Below are positions 20,884 to 29,581 of a stretch of 64,000 nt of DNA, piece after piece; positions within the stretch are counted from its first letter, which is position 1, and each line of letters opens with the position of its first letter. The notes under the pieces were generated by a model. That model searched no databases, was not told the origin of the DNA, and saw only the letters and a program-made list of their open reading frames with translations. The position numbers and the translations under genes were made by a program. The DNA is taken from the NCBI GenBank assembly GCA_902611175.1, contig CACLYQ010000001.1, forward strand, positions 30,102-94,101, written 5' to 3'. This DNA comes from an uncultured Pelagibacteraceae bacterium (GTDB lineage Bacteria > Pseudomonadota > Alphaproteobacteria > Pelagibacterales > Pelagibacteraceae).

Positions 20884-21777
20884 TTAAACTGGTGCCTTTG
20901 TTGAACGATCAATTCCTAAAGCTTTTGCAAACGCATCAGCAGTTAAATTTATTCCAATAATTAATGAACTTAATCCTACTATTGGAGCAATCACAGACCA
21001 GTATGCAAACGACATCAATCCTCTTGCATTGGAGATCATCAAGCCCCAATCAGGTGTTGGAGGACTTACACCAAAACCTAAGAATGACAATGAGCTAAAT
21101 CCTAATAACATCCAAGACCATCTCATTGCACCTTCTACTAATATAGCGTCTCTAACATTTGGAATAATTTCATTCCAAATAATAGACATGTTGCTATGAC
21201 CTCTTGCTCTGGCTGAAACTATAAAATCTTTAGCAATAACATCATGAGTAGCAGCTCTAGCAACCCTTACTATTCCTTTGCCATAAAAAAAACCTAGTGC
21301 AGGAATTAAAACCTCTGTTGATGTTCCTAAAAGAGAAACAATTAATAGCATTGCAAGTATCCAAGGGATAGAAAGAAACGCATCAACAACTCTCATTACA
21401 ACATCGTCAATTTTACCTCCAACTAACCCACAAAAAATTCCAAGTAAACCTCCCCAAAGAAGAGCTATGAGCGATCCAAAGAAAGTTACTGTGAGAGCTG
21501 TTCGCCCTCCAAGTATTGTTCTTGTGAAAACATCTCTACCCAAGCTATCTGTTCCAAACCAATGTTCAGCTGAAGGTGCAAGTAACATAGTATTTGGGCT
21601 AATTGCTTTATAATCGTACGGTGCAATGTAGGGGCTTATTAATGCTAAGACCACATGAAATAAAACAATTGTTAGACCAATTAGTCCAGAAGGCTTAGAG
21701 GCCATAGTTTTTAAAATCTCAAAAGTCTTTTCTAGCTTATTTTTTTGTTTATCTTCTGAAATTAAATTACTCTGCAT
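20884..21777 (-). CDS. Peptide-type ABC permease (DppC-like)
   Basis: HWFGTDSLGRD, EAA-like FIVSARARG, LSFLGFG..PPTPDWG. Confidence 0.92.
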   Translation of the reverse strand: MQSNLISEDKQKNKLEKTFEILKTMASKPSGLIGLTIVLFHVVLALISPYIAPYDYKAISPNTMLLAPSAEHWFGTDSLGRDVFTRTILGGRTALTVTFFGSLIALLWGGLLGIFCGLVGGKIDDVVMRVVDAFLSIPWILAMLLIVSLLGTSTEVLIPALGFFYGKGIVRVARAATHDVIAKDFIVSARARGHSNMSIIWNEIIPNVRDAILVEGAMRWSWMLLGFSSLSFLGFGVSPPTPDWGLMISNARGLMSFAYWSVIAPIVGLSSLIIGINLTADAFAKALGIDRSTKAPV

Positions 21778-21778
21778 T

Positions 21779-22735
21779 TTATTTTCGTATCTGTAGACTT
21801 TTTAATCTTGGGTTAAGCATGAGCGTCATTAAATCTGCTATTAAATTTATTCCCACATAGATTGATGCCAATATTATTGCTAATGCTTGAACAACTGGTA
21901 AATCTCTATTCGATATAGACTCAATTACTAATCTACCTAAACCTGGATAATTAAAAACAACTTCTGTAACAACTACACCACCTAGTAACCAAGCAATTGT
22001 TAATGCTACTACATTTATTGCTGGTAATAATGCATTTGGTAATACATGTCTAAATACCATTTTCCAATACGGTACACCTTTTAAAATTGCCATTTGCACA
22101 TAATCACTTGCCATAACTTGAATTACACTTGAGCGGACCATTCTTGCCATGTGTGCAGTCATAATCATTGAAATTGCTACAACAGGTAAAATTATATTTG
22201 AGAGTAATTCATAAAAAGTTGCATCAGATGGTATAATCACAATTCCTGGTAGCCAACCAAGCCAAATTGCAACAATTAAAATAAGCAAAGTAGCACTAAT
22301 AAACTCAGGAATAGTCATCGAAAAAATTGTGATAGTTGAAATCATAATATCTGGAAGCTTATCTCTCCAAAGAGCAGTTATTATTCCTAATACGATTGCT
22401 AGAGGAATTCCTATAAGTATTGAAACAGAGGCTAAAACTAAAGAGTTTTTAACTCTTGGACCTAATACTTCATTAATTGGCATTTCTCCACTTAAAGAGT
22501 AACCAAAATCACCTCGTACAACATTTGATGCCCAGTCTAAGTATCTTTCATAAGCAGGAACATCTAGACCAAGTCTTTTTATGCAAGCATCAAGAGCTGA
22601 TCCATAAGCTTCTCTTTCTAAATATGTTGTGCATGCATCCCCAGGTAAAACTTCAACACCTACAAATGTAATCAATGAGACTATAAATAAAGTAATAAGC
22701 CCTAGTCCAATTCTTTTTAAAATTAATAAAAGCAT
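21779..22735 (-). CDS. Peptide-type ABC permease (DppB-like)
   Basis: LPGD, GDFGYS, DYVQMAILKG, HVLPNA, EVVFNYPGLG, RDLPVVQ. Confidence 0.92.
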   Translation of the reverse strand: MLLLILKRIGLGLITLFIVSLITFVGVEVLPGDACTTYLEREAYGSALDACIKRLGLDVPAYERYLDWASNVVRGDFGYSLSGEMPINEVLGPRVKNSLVLASVSILIGIPLAIVLGIITALWRDKLPDIMISTITIFSMTIPEFISATLLILIVAIWLGWLPGIVIIPSDATFYELLSNIILPVVAISMIMTAHMARMVRSSVIQVMASDYVQMAILKGVPYWKMVFRHVLPNALLPAINVVALTIAWLLGGVVVTEVVFNYPGLGRLVIESISNRDLPVVQALAIILASIYVGINLIADLMTLMLNPRLKSLQIRK

Positions 22736-22782
22736 AAGATTAACTAGAACTTTTTAACAAAAATAAATTAAATAGAAATAAA

Positions 22783-22810
22783 ATAAAGGCCGCTTATATG
22801 CGGCCTTTAT
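22783..22810 (-). terminator. Hairpin downstream of the family-5 SBP gene (intrinsic terminator / mRNA stabiliser)
   Basis: ATAAAGGCCGC-ttatat-GCGGCCTTTAT, perfect 11-bp stem; U-rich tail on the minus strand. Confidence 0.8.
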
Positions 22811-22820
22811 CTAAATACTT

Positions 22821-24308
22821 TTAGTCAACTTTAACTTTGTGCCACTGTATAGAAAAGTGATCTACAGCATCAAGGTTTTTAACTTTTGACGAAGTAACTA
22901 CAAGTCTAGACACATGGTATGGGATCATTGTTCCACTTTGTTCCCATAAAGTCATTTGAGCATTTTGATAAGCTTTCTTTCTTTTATTGAAATCCAACTC
23001 ACTTCTAGCATCAGCTAAATTTTTATCAAAATCAGCGTTTTTGAAGTAAGACTCATTCCATTTAGCTCCACTATGATAAGCTTCATGCAAGATTGTGTCT
23101 GCTGGTCTTTGGTTCCAACGTGTCATTGAAACTGGTTTTTTCATCCATACTTCATTCCAATAACCTTTAGATGGTACCATTTCAATGTTAACTTTAATTC
23201 CAGCTTTTGCAACTTGTTGCTGAACAACTTCTGCAATCGTAGGCCAAGTTGGTTCTAAAGTTGCTGGATAAACAGTCAATTCAATTCCATTTGGAAATCC
23301 CGCTTCTCTTAGTAAATTTTTTGCTTTACTAATATTTTGAGGACAATCCATCTGTAAACGATATTGATCAGAAGGCATTACAGGCGTATCGCAAGATACA
23401 GTTGCTGCTCCACCCATAACCAGATCTACAAGTTCTTGTCTATCAACTGCTAACCTAAAAGCTTTTCTCACTTTAGGATTATCAAATGGAGCAGTATCAG
23501 TTCTCATAACCACACCTCTCCAATTTCCTGTTGGAATTACAGTTGTTGTAAATTTTGAATTACTGTCAAATATCTTTTTTTGATTGAAAGGAACATATCT
23601 ATTCATATCAATTTGACCCGTTAAAAGAGCTTGAATTCTTGCTTGAGCATCTGGGATAGCGATAACATGAACTTCGGCAACTCCAGGTGCACCTTCCCAA
23701 TAATCTGGGTTAGCTTTTAGAATTGTAGTTCCTTCTGGATCAAATTTATCAACTATAAATGGTCCAGTACCAACTCCAGTTTGTCCTATAGTATCTCCTG
23801 ATCCTTCAGGTATCATTCTTAATCTGTAGTCAGTTAATAATAATGGAAAGTCAGCAAACGAAGTTGATAACTTCATTTTAACAGTATGCTGATCAACTAC
23901 CTCAATGTCCTCAACTACATTTAAACTTTTTCTAACTGGAGATCCGATGTCGGGATCTTTAGCTCTCATTAGAGAATATTTTACATCTGGAGCATCAAAT
24001 GCTGATCCATCATGGAAATATATTCCTTTTCTTAAATTAAATGTCCATTCAGTTGCATCAGAATTAGCACTCCAATCTGTTGATAATGATGGTGATGGAA
24101 CACCTTTCATATCAGGCCTAACTAATCTATTTTGTGTTTTGATGACAACTTGAAATAAACGCCCTTTTGTTATGGCATCTAAGTTAGTATCTTTTCCAAA
24201 TCCAAGATCATGTGATACTTTAAATACTCCACTTGATGCATTGGCAATAGAAAAAGATAATATCAGAGACATAAAAGTCGCTGAAAAAACTTTAAGTATG
24301 TATTTCAT
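22821..24308 (-). CDS. Family-5 (Dpp/Opp/Nik-like) ABC substrate-binding protein
   Basis: Signal peptide; WTFNLRKGIYFHDGS, GTGPF, NPDYW, PFDNPKVRKA, WNES; SD-like AGAGGGA upstream. Confidence 0.92.
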   Translation of the reverse strand: MKYILKVFSATFMSLILSFSIANASSGVFKVSHDLGFGKDTNLDAITKGRLFQVVIKTQNRLVRPDMKGVPSPSLSTDWSANSDATEWTFNLRKGIYFHDGSAFDAPDVKYSLMRAKDPDIGSPVRKSLNVVEDIEVVDQHTVKMKLSTSFADFPLLLTDYRLRMIPEGSGDTIGQTGVGTGPFIVDKFDPEGTTILKANPDYWEGAPGVAEVHVIAIPDAQARIQALLTGQIDMNRYVPFNQKKIFDSNSKFTTTVIPTGNWRGVVMRTDTAPFDNPKVRKAFRLAVDRQELVDLVMGGAATVSCDTPVMPSDQYRLQMDCPQNISKAKNLLREAGFPNGIELTVYPATLEPTWPTIAEVVQQQVAKAGIKVNIEMVPSKGYWNEVWMKKPVSMTRWNQRPADTILHEAYHSGAKWNESYFKNADFDKNLADARSELDFNKRKKAYQNAQMTLWEQSGTMIPYHVSRLVVTSSKVKNLDAVDHFSIQWHKVKVD

Positions 24309-24449
24309 AAGTTCCCTCTTTTTCTTTAATTGTTTAAATAATCAAAAAGATAACAATTCCAGAACTAGATAACAACATGCAAAATGTAGTGATTCATCTA
24401 CTAATTGAATAGATATTTTAATTAATATACACTTTTTCTAAATTTATAA

Positions 24450-25673
24450 ATGCAAAACGAATTAAACAAAGTCAGATTTTCTGTAAAACCTTTAAAATCC
24501 AATGATAATAAAGTTGTTGAGCTTGCACGAACTGTCGGGATACATCCTCTAGCATATCAAGAACTTCCCTACGATCCTGAGTATTCATTTTATGCAGGAA
24601 GATTAAATCCAGAAGTACTTTCACATGCCACAGCTGATGAAATGTATTGGAAAGTAAGACAAGAAGTAATTTTTCGTCATACTGGTGAACATCCATATGA
24701 AATTTCTGGTCCAGATTCAGAAAAACTTTTACAAAAAATATTCACAAGAGATATCTCAAAAGTAAATGTAGGAAGATGCTCGTACCAATTTGCTTGTTAC
24801 AATGATGGAGGTATGCTGACAGATGGAGTTTTACTAAAACTTGAAGAAAATAAATTTTGGTTTGTTCAAGCTGATGGTGATCTTTTTTCGTGGTATAAAG
24901 CTCACACTGATAATCTTAATGTAAAAATTTCGGACCCAGACGTTTGGGTAAGTCAAATCCAGGGACCAAAATCTATGGATCTTTTAAAAGTTTTAAGTAA
25001 AGAGACTTTTCCTTATAATTGGAAATATTTTGATTGGAAAGAAATTACTATACTAAATGAAAAAGTAATCATAAGTAGATCAGGATTTAGCAATGAACTT
25101 GGTTGGGAAATTTATTTTAGAAAAAATAATAATACTGAAAAAGTTGGGGATCATATACTTGAAGAAGGAAGAAAAATGGGAATGATACTCACAGGTACCC
25201 CTGGTTTCAGATGTAAAAGAATAGAATCTGGATTATTATCAGCTGGGCAAGACTTTAATCATGAAACAAATCCATATGATGTTGGTTTGGGTAAGTATGT
25301 CGATTTAAAAAAAAATTATTTTATTGGAAAATCAGCTTTGATGACTGCTGATAAAGAAAAAAGATGTTGGGGAATAAGAGTAGAAAATGGAACAGGTTTA
25401 AAAGGAACTTACATAAAATTTAATAATGAAATAATTGGAAAAATTACATCAAGTACTTGGTCACCTTTTCAAAAATGTGGCGTTGGAATAGTTTTAATGA
25501 ATTCTACAAAATACAAACCAGGATTAATAGTAGATGTTAATTGCAATGATAATAAAATTCATAAAGGTGAGATATGCACCTTACCAATGTATGACTTTAA
25601 AAATGAAATTGTAAGAGGTTTAAAAATCGATATTCCAACAGGTCCTTCGCCGTGGTCAGGAATAAAAAAATAA
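24450..25673 (+). CDS. Divergent GcvT/DmdA-family THF-dependent aminomethyl/methyltransferase
   Basis: EISGPD, GGMLTDGVLLKL, QIQGPKS, SRSGFSNELGWEIY, RIESGLLSAGQDF, FIGKSAL; atypical N-terminus. Confidence 0.85.
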   Translation: MQNELNKVRFSVKPLKSNDNKVVELARTVGIHPLAYQELPYDPEYSFYAGRLNPEVLSHATADEMYWKVRQEVIFRHTGEHPYEISGPDSEKLLQKIFTRDISKVNVGRCSYQFACYNDGGMLTDGVLLKLEENKFWFVQADGDLFSWYKAHTDNLNVKISDPDVWVSQIQGPKSMDLLKVLSKETFPYNWKYFDWKEITILNEKVIISRSGFSNELGWEIYFRKNNNTEKVGDHILEEGRKMGMILTGTPGFRCKRIESGLLSAGQDFNHETNPYDVGLGKYVDLKKNYFIGKSALMTADKEKRCWGIRVENGTGLKGTYIKFNNEIIGKITSSTWSPFQKCGVGIVLMNSTKYKPGLIVDVNCNDNKIHKGEICTLPMYDFKNEIVRGLKIDIPTGPSPWSGIKK

Positions 25674-26347
25674 TAATAGCAATTGGTGGTGGTGGATTTA
25701 CACATTCTTCAGATGAAGACTTGGATGAATTTATTATAAATCAAGTTAATAAATCAAAAATCAAAATCGGTTTTTTACCTACAGCTAGCAATGATAATCA
25801 AGAAAAGATCAATCTTTTTTATAAAAGATTTAAATCACAAAAATTTAAATTATCTCATTTTAATCTTTGTTCAAGTGTGGAAGGTTTTAATGAATGGCTG
25901 TTAAACAAAGATATAGTTTATGTAGGAGGTGGTAATACCTCTGAAATGATTAATATTTGGAAAAGACATAATCTTATCAAAGTATTTAAAGATGCCTATG
26001 AAAAAGGAATAATTCTGAGTGGAATAAGTGCAGGAGCTGTCTGTTGGTTTGATTGGATATTATCAGACTCAGTCAATAAAGAGCTAAGTCCATTAAAAGG
26101 AATAAATTTTTTAGAGGGAAGTTGCACACCGCATTCTTCAGATAATAATCGAATTCGACAATTTATTTCAGAAATTAAAGATGGAAATTTACCCGATGGA
26201 ATAGCTATTGATGATGGTGTAGCTGTGCTTTTTATTGACGGAGTTCCTTCAGAGGTTTATTCTTCAAGAATTAATCATGACGCTTATTATGTGACTAGAC
26301 ATAATAAGATAAGTTTAAAAACATATATTAAAAATTTAAATGGATAA
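25652..26347 (+). CDS. Peptidase E / cyanophycinase-like S51 hydrolase
   Basis: AIGGGGF, FLPTAS, YVGGGNT, nucleophile GISAGA, catalytic His CTPH, AIDDG. Confidence 0.85.
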   Translation: MVRNKKIIIAIGGGGFTHSSDEDLDEFIINQVNKSKIKIGFLPTASNDNQEKINLFYKRFKSQKFKLSHFNLCSSVEGFNEWLLNKDIVYVGGGNTSEMINIWKRHNLIKVFKDAYEKGIILSGISAGAVCWFDWILSDSVNKELSPLKGINFLEGSCTPHSSDNNRIRQFISEIKDGNLPDGIAIDDGVAVLFIDGVPSEVYSSRINHDAYYVTRHNKISLKTYIKNLNG

Positions 26348-27500
26348 CATTAAAGCCAGTAAAAAAATTTTTAGCATTGAAGACGCAAAAAAACTATCAA
26401 AGAAAAGATTACCAAAGATAGTTTACGATTTTATTGACGGTGCATCAGGAGATGAAAAATTATCAGAAATTAATAGTTTTGCTTTAGACCAAATACGTCT
26501 TGAGCCAAGAGTTCTAAGAAATGTAGAGGAAAGAAAACTAAAAAAAAATATTCTTGGATTTAACTATGACTATCCTTTTGGATTTGCACCAATGGGTATG
26601 ACAAATCTTTCTTGGCCGGGCGCAGACTCAATGCTGGCAAAAGAGAGTGCAAGAAATAATATACCAACTTCTGTATCGATGGCTTCCACAACTACTCTGG
26701 AAAAAATGTATGAACTTTCAGAAGGTCATTCATGGCTTCAACTTTATATTTTTCAGGATGAAGCTTTTGTCATGGAATTGCTCGATAGAGCAGAAAAAAC
26801 TGGTTATGAGGTAGCTATACTTACCGTTGATGTTCCAGTTTTATCGAGAAGAACTAGAGATGATAAAAATGGCTTTTCTTATCCATTTAAAATCGGACCT
26901 AAACAATTTTTTGATTTTGCAACTCATCCTATTTGGTCAATATCTACATTACTTAATGGAATACCAAAGCCAATGAATTATGAAACTTCAAAAAGTGGAA
27001 AAGGTATTTTTAAAAGAAAAGAAAGTAGAGGAAAAACAGATTGGGAAACTTTAAAAAGAGTAAGAAATAAGTGGAAAGGAAAATTAATAGTAAAAGGCGT
27101 CATGTCGTCAGATGATGCAGTTAAAATTAAAGAAATGGGTGCTGATGCCATACAAGTTTCAAATCACGGAGGTAGACAATTAGATAGTGCCTCAGCAGCA
27201 ATTAATATTTTACCTTTTATTAGAGAAGCAGTAGGAAATAATTTTCCAATTATATTTGATAGTGGAATAAGAAGCGGTAGTGATATTGTAAGATCATTAG
27301 CTTTAGGAGCAGATTTTTCAATGATTGGAAGACCTGTAATGTATGCAATGGGAGCTGACGGAGCAAGCGGGTTAAGAAGAATTGTAGATATAATTAAAGA
27401 AGAAACAAGCACAACGTTAGGTTTGGTTGGATTAAATGATATTAATGAGGTTTCTTCTGATATAATTGAACAGAAACTTTTTATGAATACAACTTACTAA
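26340..27500 (+). CDS. FMN-dependent alpha-hydroxy acid oxidase/dehydrogenase
   Basis: YDFIDGA, APMG, WLQLY, LTVDVP, VKGV, SNHGGRQLD, DSGIRSGSD, GRP. Confidence 0.92.
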   Translation: MDNIKASKKIFSIEDAKKLSKKRLPKIVYDFIDGASGDEKLSEINSFALDQIRLEPRVLRNVEERKLKKNILGFNYDYPFGFAPMGMTNLSWPGADSMLAKESARNNIPTSVSMASTTTLEKMYELSEGHSWLQLYIFQDEAFVMELLDRAEKTGYEVAILTVDVPVLSRRTRDDKNGFSYPFKIGPKQFFDFATHPIWSISTLLNGIPKPMNYETSKSGKGIFKRKESRGKTDWETLKRVRNKWKGKLIVKGVMSSDDAVKIKEMGADAIQVSNHGGRQLDSASAAINILPFIREAVGNNFPIIFDSGIRSGSDIVRSLALGADFSMIGRPVMYAMGADGASGLRRIVDIIKEETSTTLGLVGLNDINEVSSDIIEQKLFMNTTY

Positions 27501-27501
27501 T

Positions 27502-29241
27502 ATGGAAAAAAAAATAAGAGGTGGAGCATTAATTGCAAGAGCATTAAAAGATAAAGGTATTAATAAAGTTTTTACTCTATCAGGTGGATTTTGTAATCCT
27601 GCAATTGAAGGTTTCATGGAATGTCAAATTGACGTAGTTAATTGTCCTCATGAACAAATAGCTGGACACTTAGCAGATGGACACACAAGAATTACAAGAA
27701 AACCATCTGTATGTTTAGTTGGACCTGAAGGTTTTGCAAATGCAGTACCATCAATGATGGAAGCATGGGGAGAAAGAACACCGATAATTTATATAACTGG
27801 ATCAAGTAGTTTAAAAAGACAAGGCTCAGGTGGCTTTAAAGAAATTGATGATGTTTCAATAGCTGCTCCTCTTACAAAATATAGCGCAAGCATTACAGAT
27901 GGAACAAGAATTAGAGAATTTGTTGATAAAGCTTACAGAATTGCAACGAATGGATATCCCGGGGCAGTTCATTTAAGTTTGCCAGTGGATATAATGTTTT
28001 CTTCATTTGAGGAAAATGTTGGACTTGAAGAAAGACCATTTTCACATAAAGCAAAGCCAGTTGCAAAAGCATGGCCAGATCCAAATGCTCTATCAAAAAT
28101 ACTTGAGCTAGCATGTAATGCAAAAAAACCTGTCATAATTGGAGGACATGGTGTTTGGTGGTCAAACTCAGAAAAAAATTTAGAGAATGCGGGTGAAAGT
28201 TTAAATATTCCTGTTTTTAATGTGCCATACCATCAAAAACTTTTGGGAGAAGAGGCAAATGCATATATGGGTTTAGCAGATATTCACCAATATCCACCCT
28301 CAGAATTTGCATTACATAACTCAGACTTAGTTTTAATGATTGGTGCAAGATTAGATAACCAAATGAATTTTGGTAACCCTCCTTTCATTCCAAAAACATC
28401 AACTTTAGTTTGTATTAACGGTTCCCATGAAGAAATTGAGTTTAATAGAGCAGCTGATCATAACCTTTTATGTGATCCAGGAGTATTTTTAGATACTCTA
28501 TGTAATTTGAAGAAAAATAATAAATGGAATTTAGGAAATAGTTGGTTTCAAGATAATAAAAATAAAAAAAAAGATTGGGTAGATAAATCTTTAAATGAAT
28601 TAAAAATTGAAGCAAATAAAGCTAAAAAAAATGGTGGAAAAATTCATCCGCTGCAATTAGCGTTAGATGTTCAAGAAGCTATGGATGAGAAAGATTGGCT
28701 TGTAATTGATGGAGGAAATACTCATTTCTGGTCGGAGATCGCAATAAATTTAGCTGGTGCTCAAGGAAAAAAATTGGGTGGAATTTTACATCCTGGCACA
28801 TTTAGTATGCTGGGTGTTGGTGTATCATTTGCATTATCTGCAAAAAATGAAAACCCTAAATCGAACGTAATCTTAATTAGTGGAGATGGTGCATTTTTAT
28901 CTGGAGGCATGTCTATAGAGACTGCTTTTTTTGAAAAAAAACCAATCGTTGTTGTTATTGACAATAATGGTGGCTTAGCATCAATTGGGCAACAACAAGA
29001 AAGATTATTTGAGAGTGGAAAAAGAGTGGCAACAGACTTTAGAGATATACCTTTCCACAGTATATTTGAGGGCTTTGGGGGTCATGGAGAATTAGTAACG
29101 AAAAGAGAAGAATTAGGTCCAGCTTTAAAAAGAGCTATTGCAAGCGGTAAAACTGCTTGTGTAAATGTAAAAGCTAAACCTGTATTAAGTCCAATTGTTG
29201 CTGCTGTTGCTAGCAAAAGAGAGAAATCATCAATAGAGTAA
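27502..29241 (+). CDS. Thiamine-diphosphate-dependent enzyme (AHAS/2-hydroxyacyl-CoA lyase/decarboxylase superfamily)
   Basis: Catalytic HEQ, GAVHLSLPVD, IGARLD, DGGN, GTFSMLGVG, ThDP motif GDGA...NN. Confidence 0.88.
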   Translation: MEKKIRGGALIARALKDKGINKVFTLSGGFCNPAIEGFMECQIDVVNCPHEQIAGHLADGHTRITRKPSVCLVGPEGFANAVPSMMEAWGERTPIIYITGSSSLKRQGSGGFKEIDDVSIAAPLTKYSASITDGTRIREFVDKAYRIATNGYPGAVHLSLPVDIMFSSFEENVGLEERPFSHKAKPVAKAWPDPNALSKILELACNAKKPVIIGGHGVWWSNSEKNLENAGESLNIPVFNVPYHQKLLGEEANAYMGLADIHQYPPSEFALHNSDLVLMIGARLDNQMNFGNPPFIPKTSTLVCINGSHEEIEFNRAADHNLLCDPGVFLDTLCNLKKNNKWNLGNSWFQDNKNKKKDWVDKSLNELKIEANKAKKNGGKIHPLQLALDVQEAMDEKDWLVIDGGNTHFWSEIAINLAGAQGKKLGGILHPGTFSMLGVGVSFALSAKNENPKSNVILISGDGAFLSGGMSIETAFFEKKPIVVVIDNNGGLASIGQQQERLFESGKRVATDFRDIPFHSIFEGFGGHGELVTKREELGPALKRAIASGKTACVNVKAKPVLSPIVAAVASKREKSSIE

Positions 29242-29242
29242 A

Positions 29243-29578
29243 ATGGCAAAATTTAGCTCACATTTATTGAATGGTTCTGATGGAACTCATGCAAGTAACG
29301 TCAAAGTAAAGATTTATCAAATACAATCCTCAAAATTAAAAAAGCTTTTTTTGAATACAAAGACTGATGGAAATGGTAGGATTAATAAGTATTTCAATCT
29401 TAGCAAAAAAGATTGTAAATGCGATTATGAAATGATTTGTGATATTAAAAGATACTTTAAAAAGAAAAAAATTGTGGGTGAAATAGTCATAAAATTTAAA
29501 ATGACTGATAATAAAAAAAATTATCATTTGCCAATCATAATTTCTCCTAACAGCTATACAGTATGGTGGTCTAAATAA
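29243..29578 (+). CDS. Transthyretin-like protein (HIU hydrolase family, non-canonical C-terminus)
   Basis: SSHLLN, TDGNGR, YHLPIIISPNSY; ends WWSK instead of YRGS. Confidence 0.8.
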   Translation: MAKFSSHLLNGSDGTHASNVKVKIYQIQSSKLKKLFLNTKTDGNGRINKYFNLSKKDCKCDYEMICDIKRYFKKKKIVGEIVIKFKMTDNKKNYHLPIIISPNSYTVWWSK

Positions 29579-29581
29579 TAT

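Noticed and set aside
24309-24449. Riboswitch (SAM-V/glycine) in the divergent promoter region or in other intergenic gaps
   Set aside because: I recognise no conserved aptamer sequence or GC-rich stems by eye; an Rfam/Infernal scan would be needed to exclude one fully.
27502-29241. Biosynthetic acetolactate synthase or sulfoacetaldehyde acetyltransferase (Xsc)
   Set aside because: No small subunit, ilvC, pta or taurine genes are adjacent, and the motifs diverge from both.
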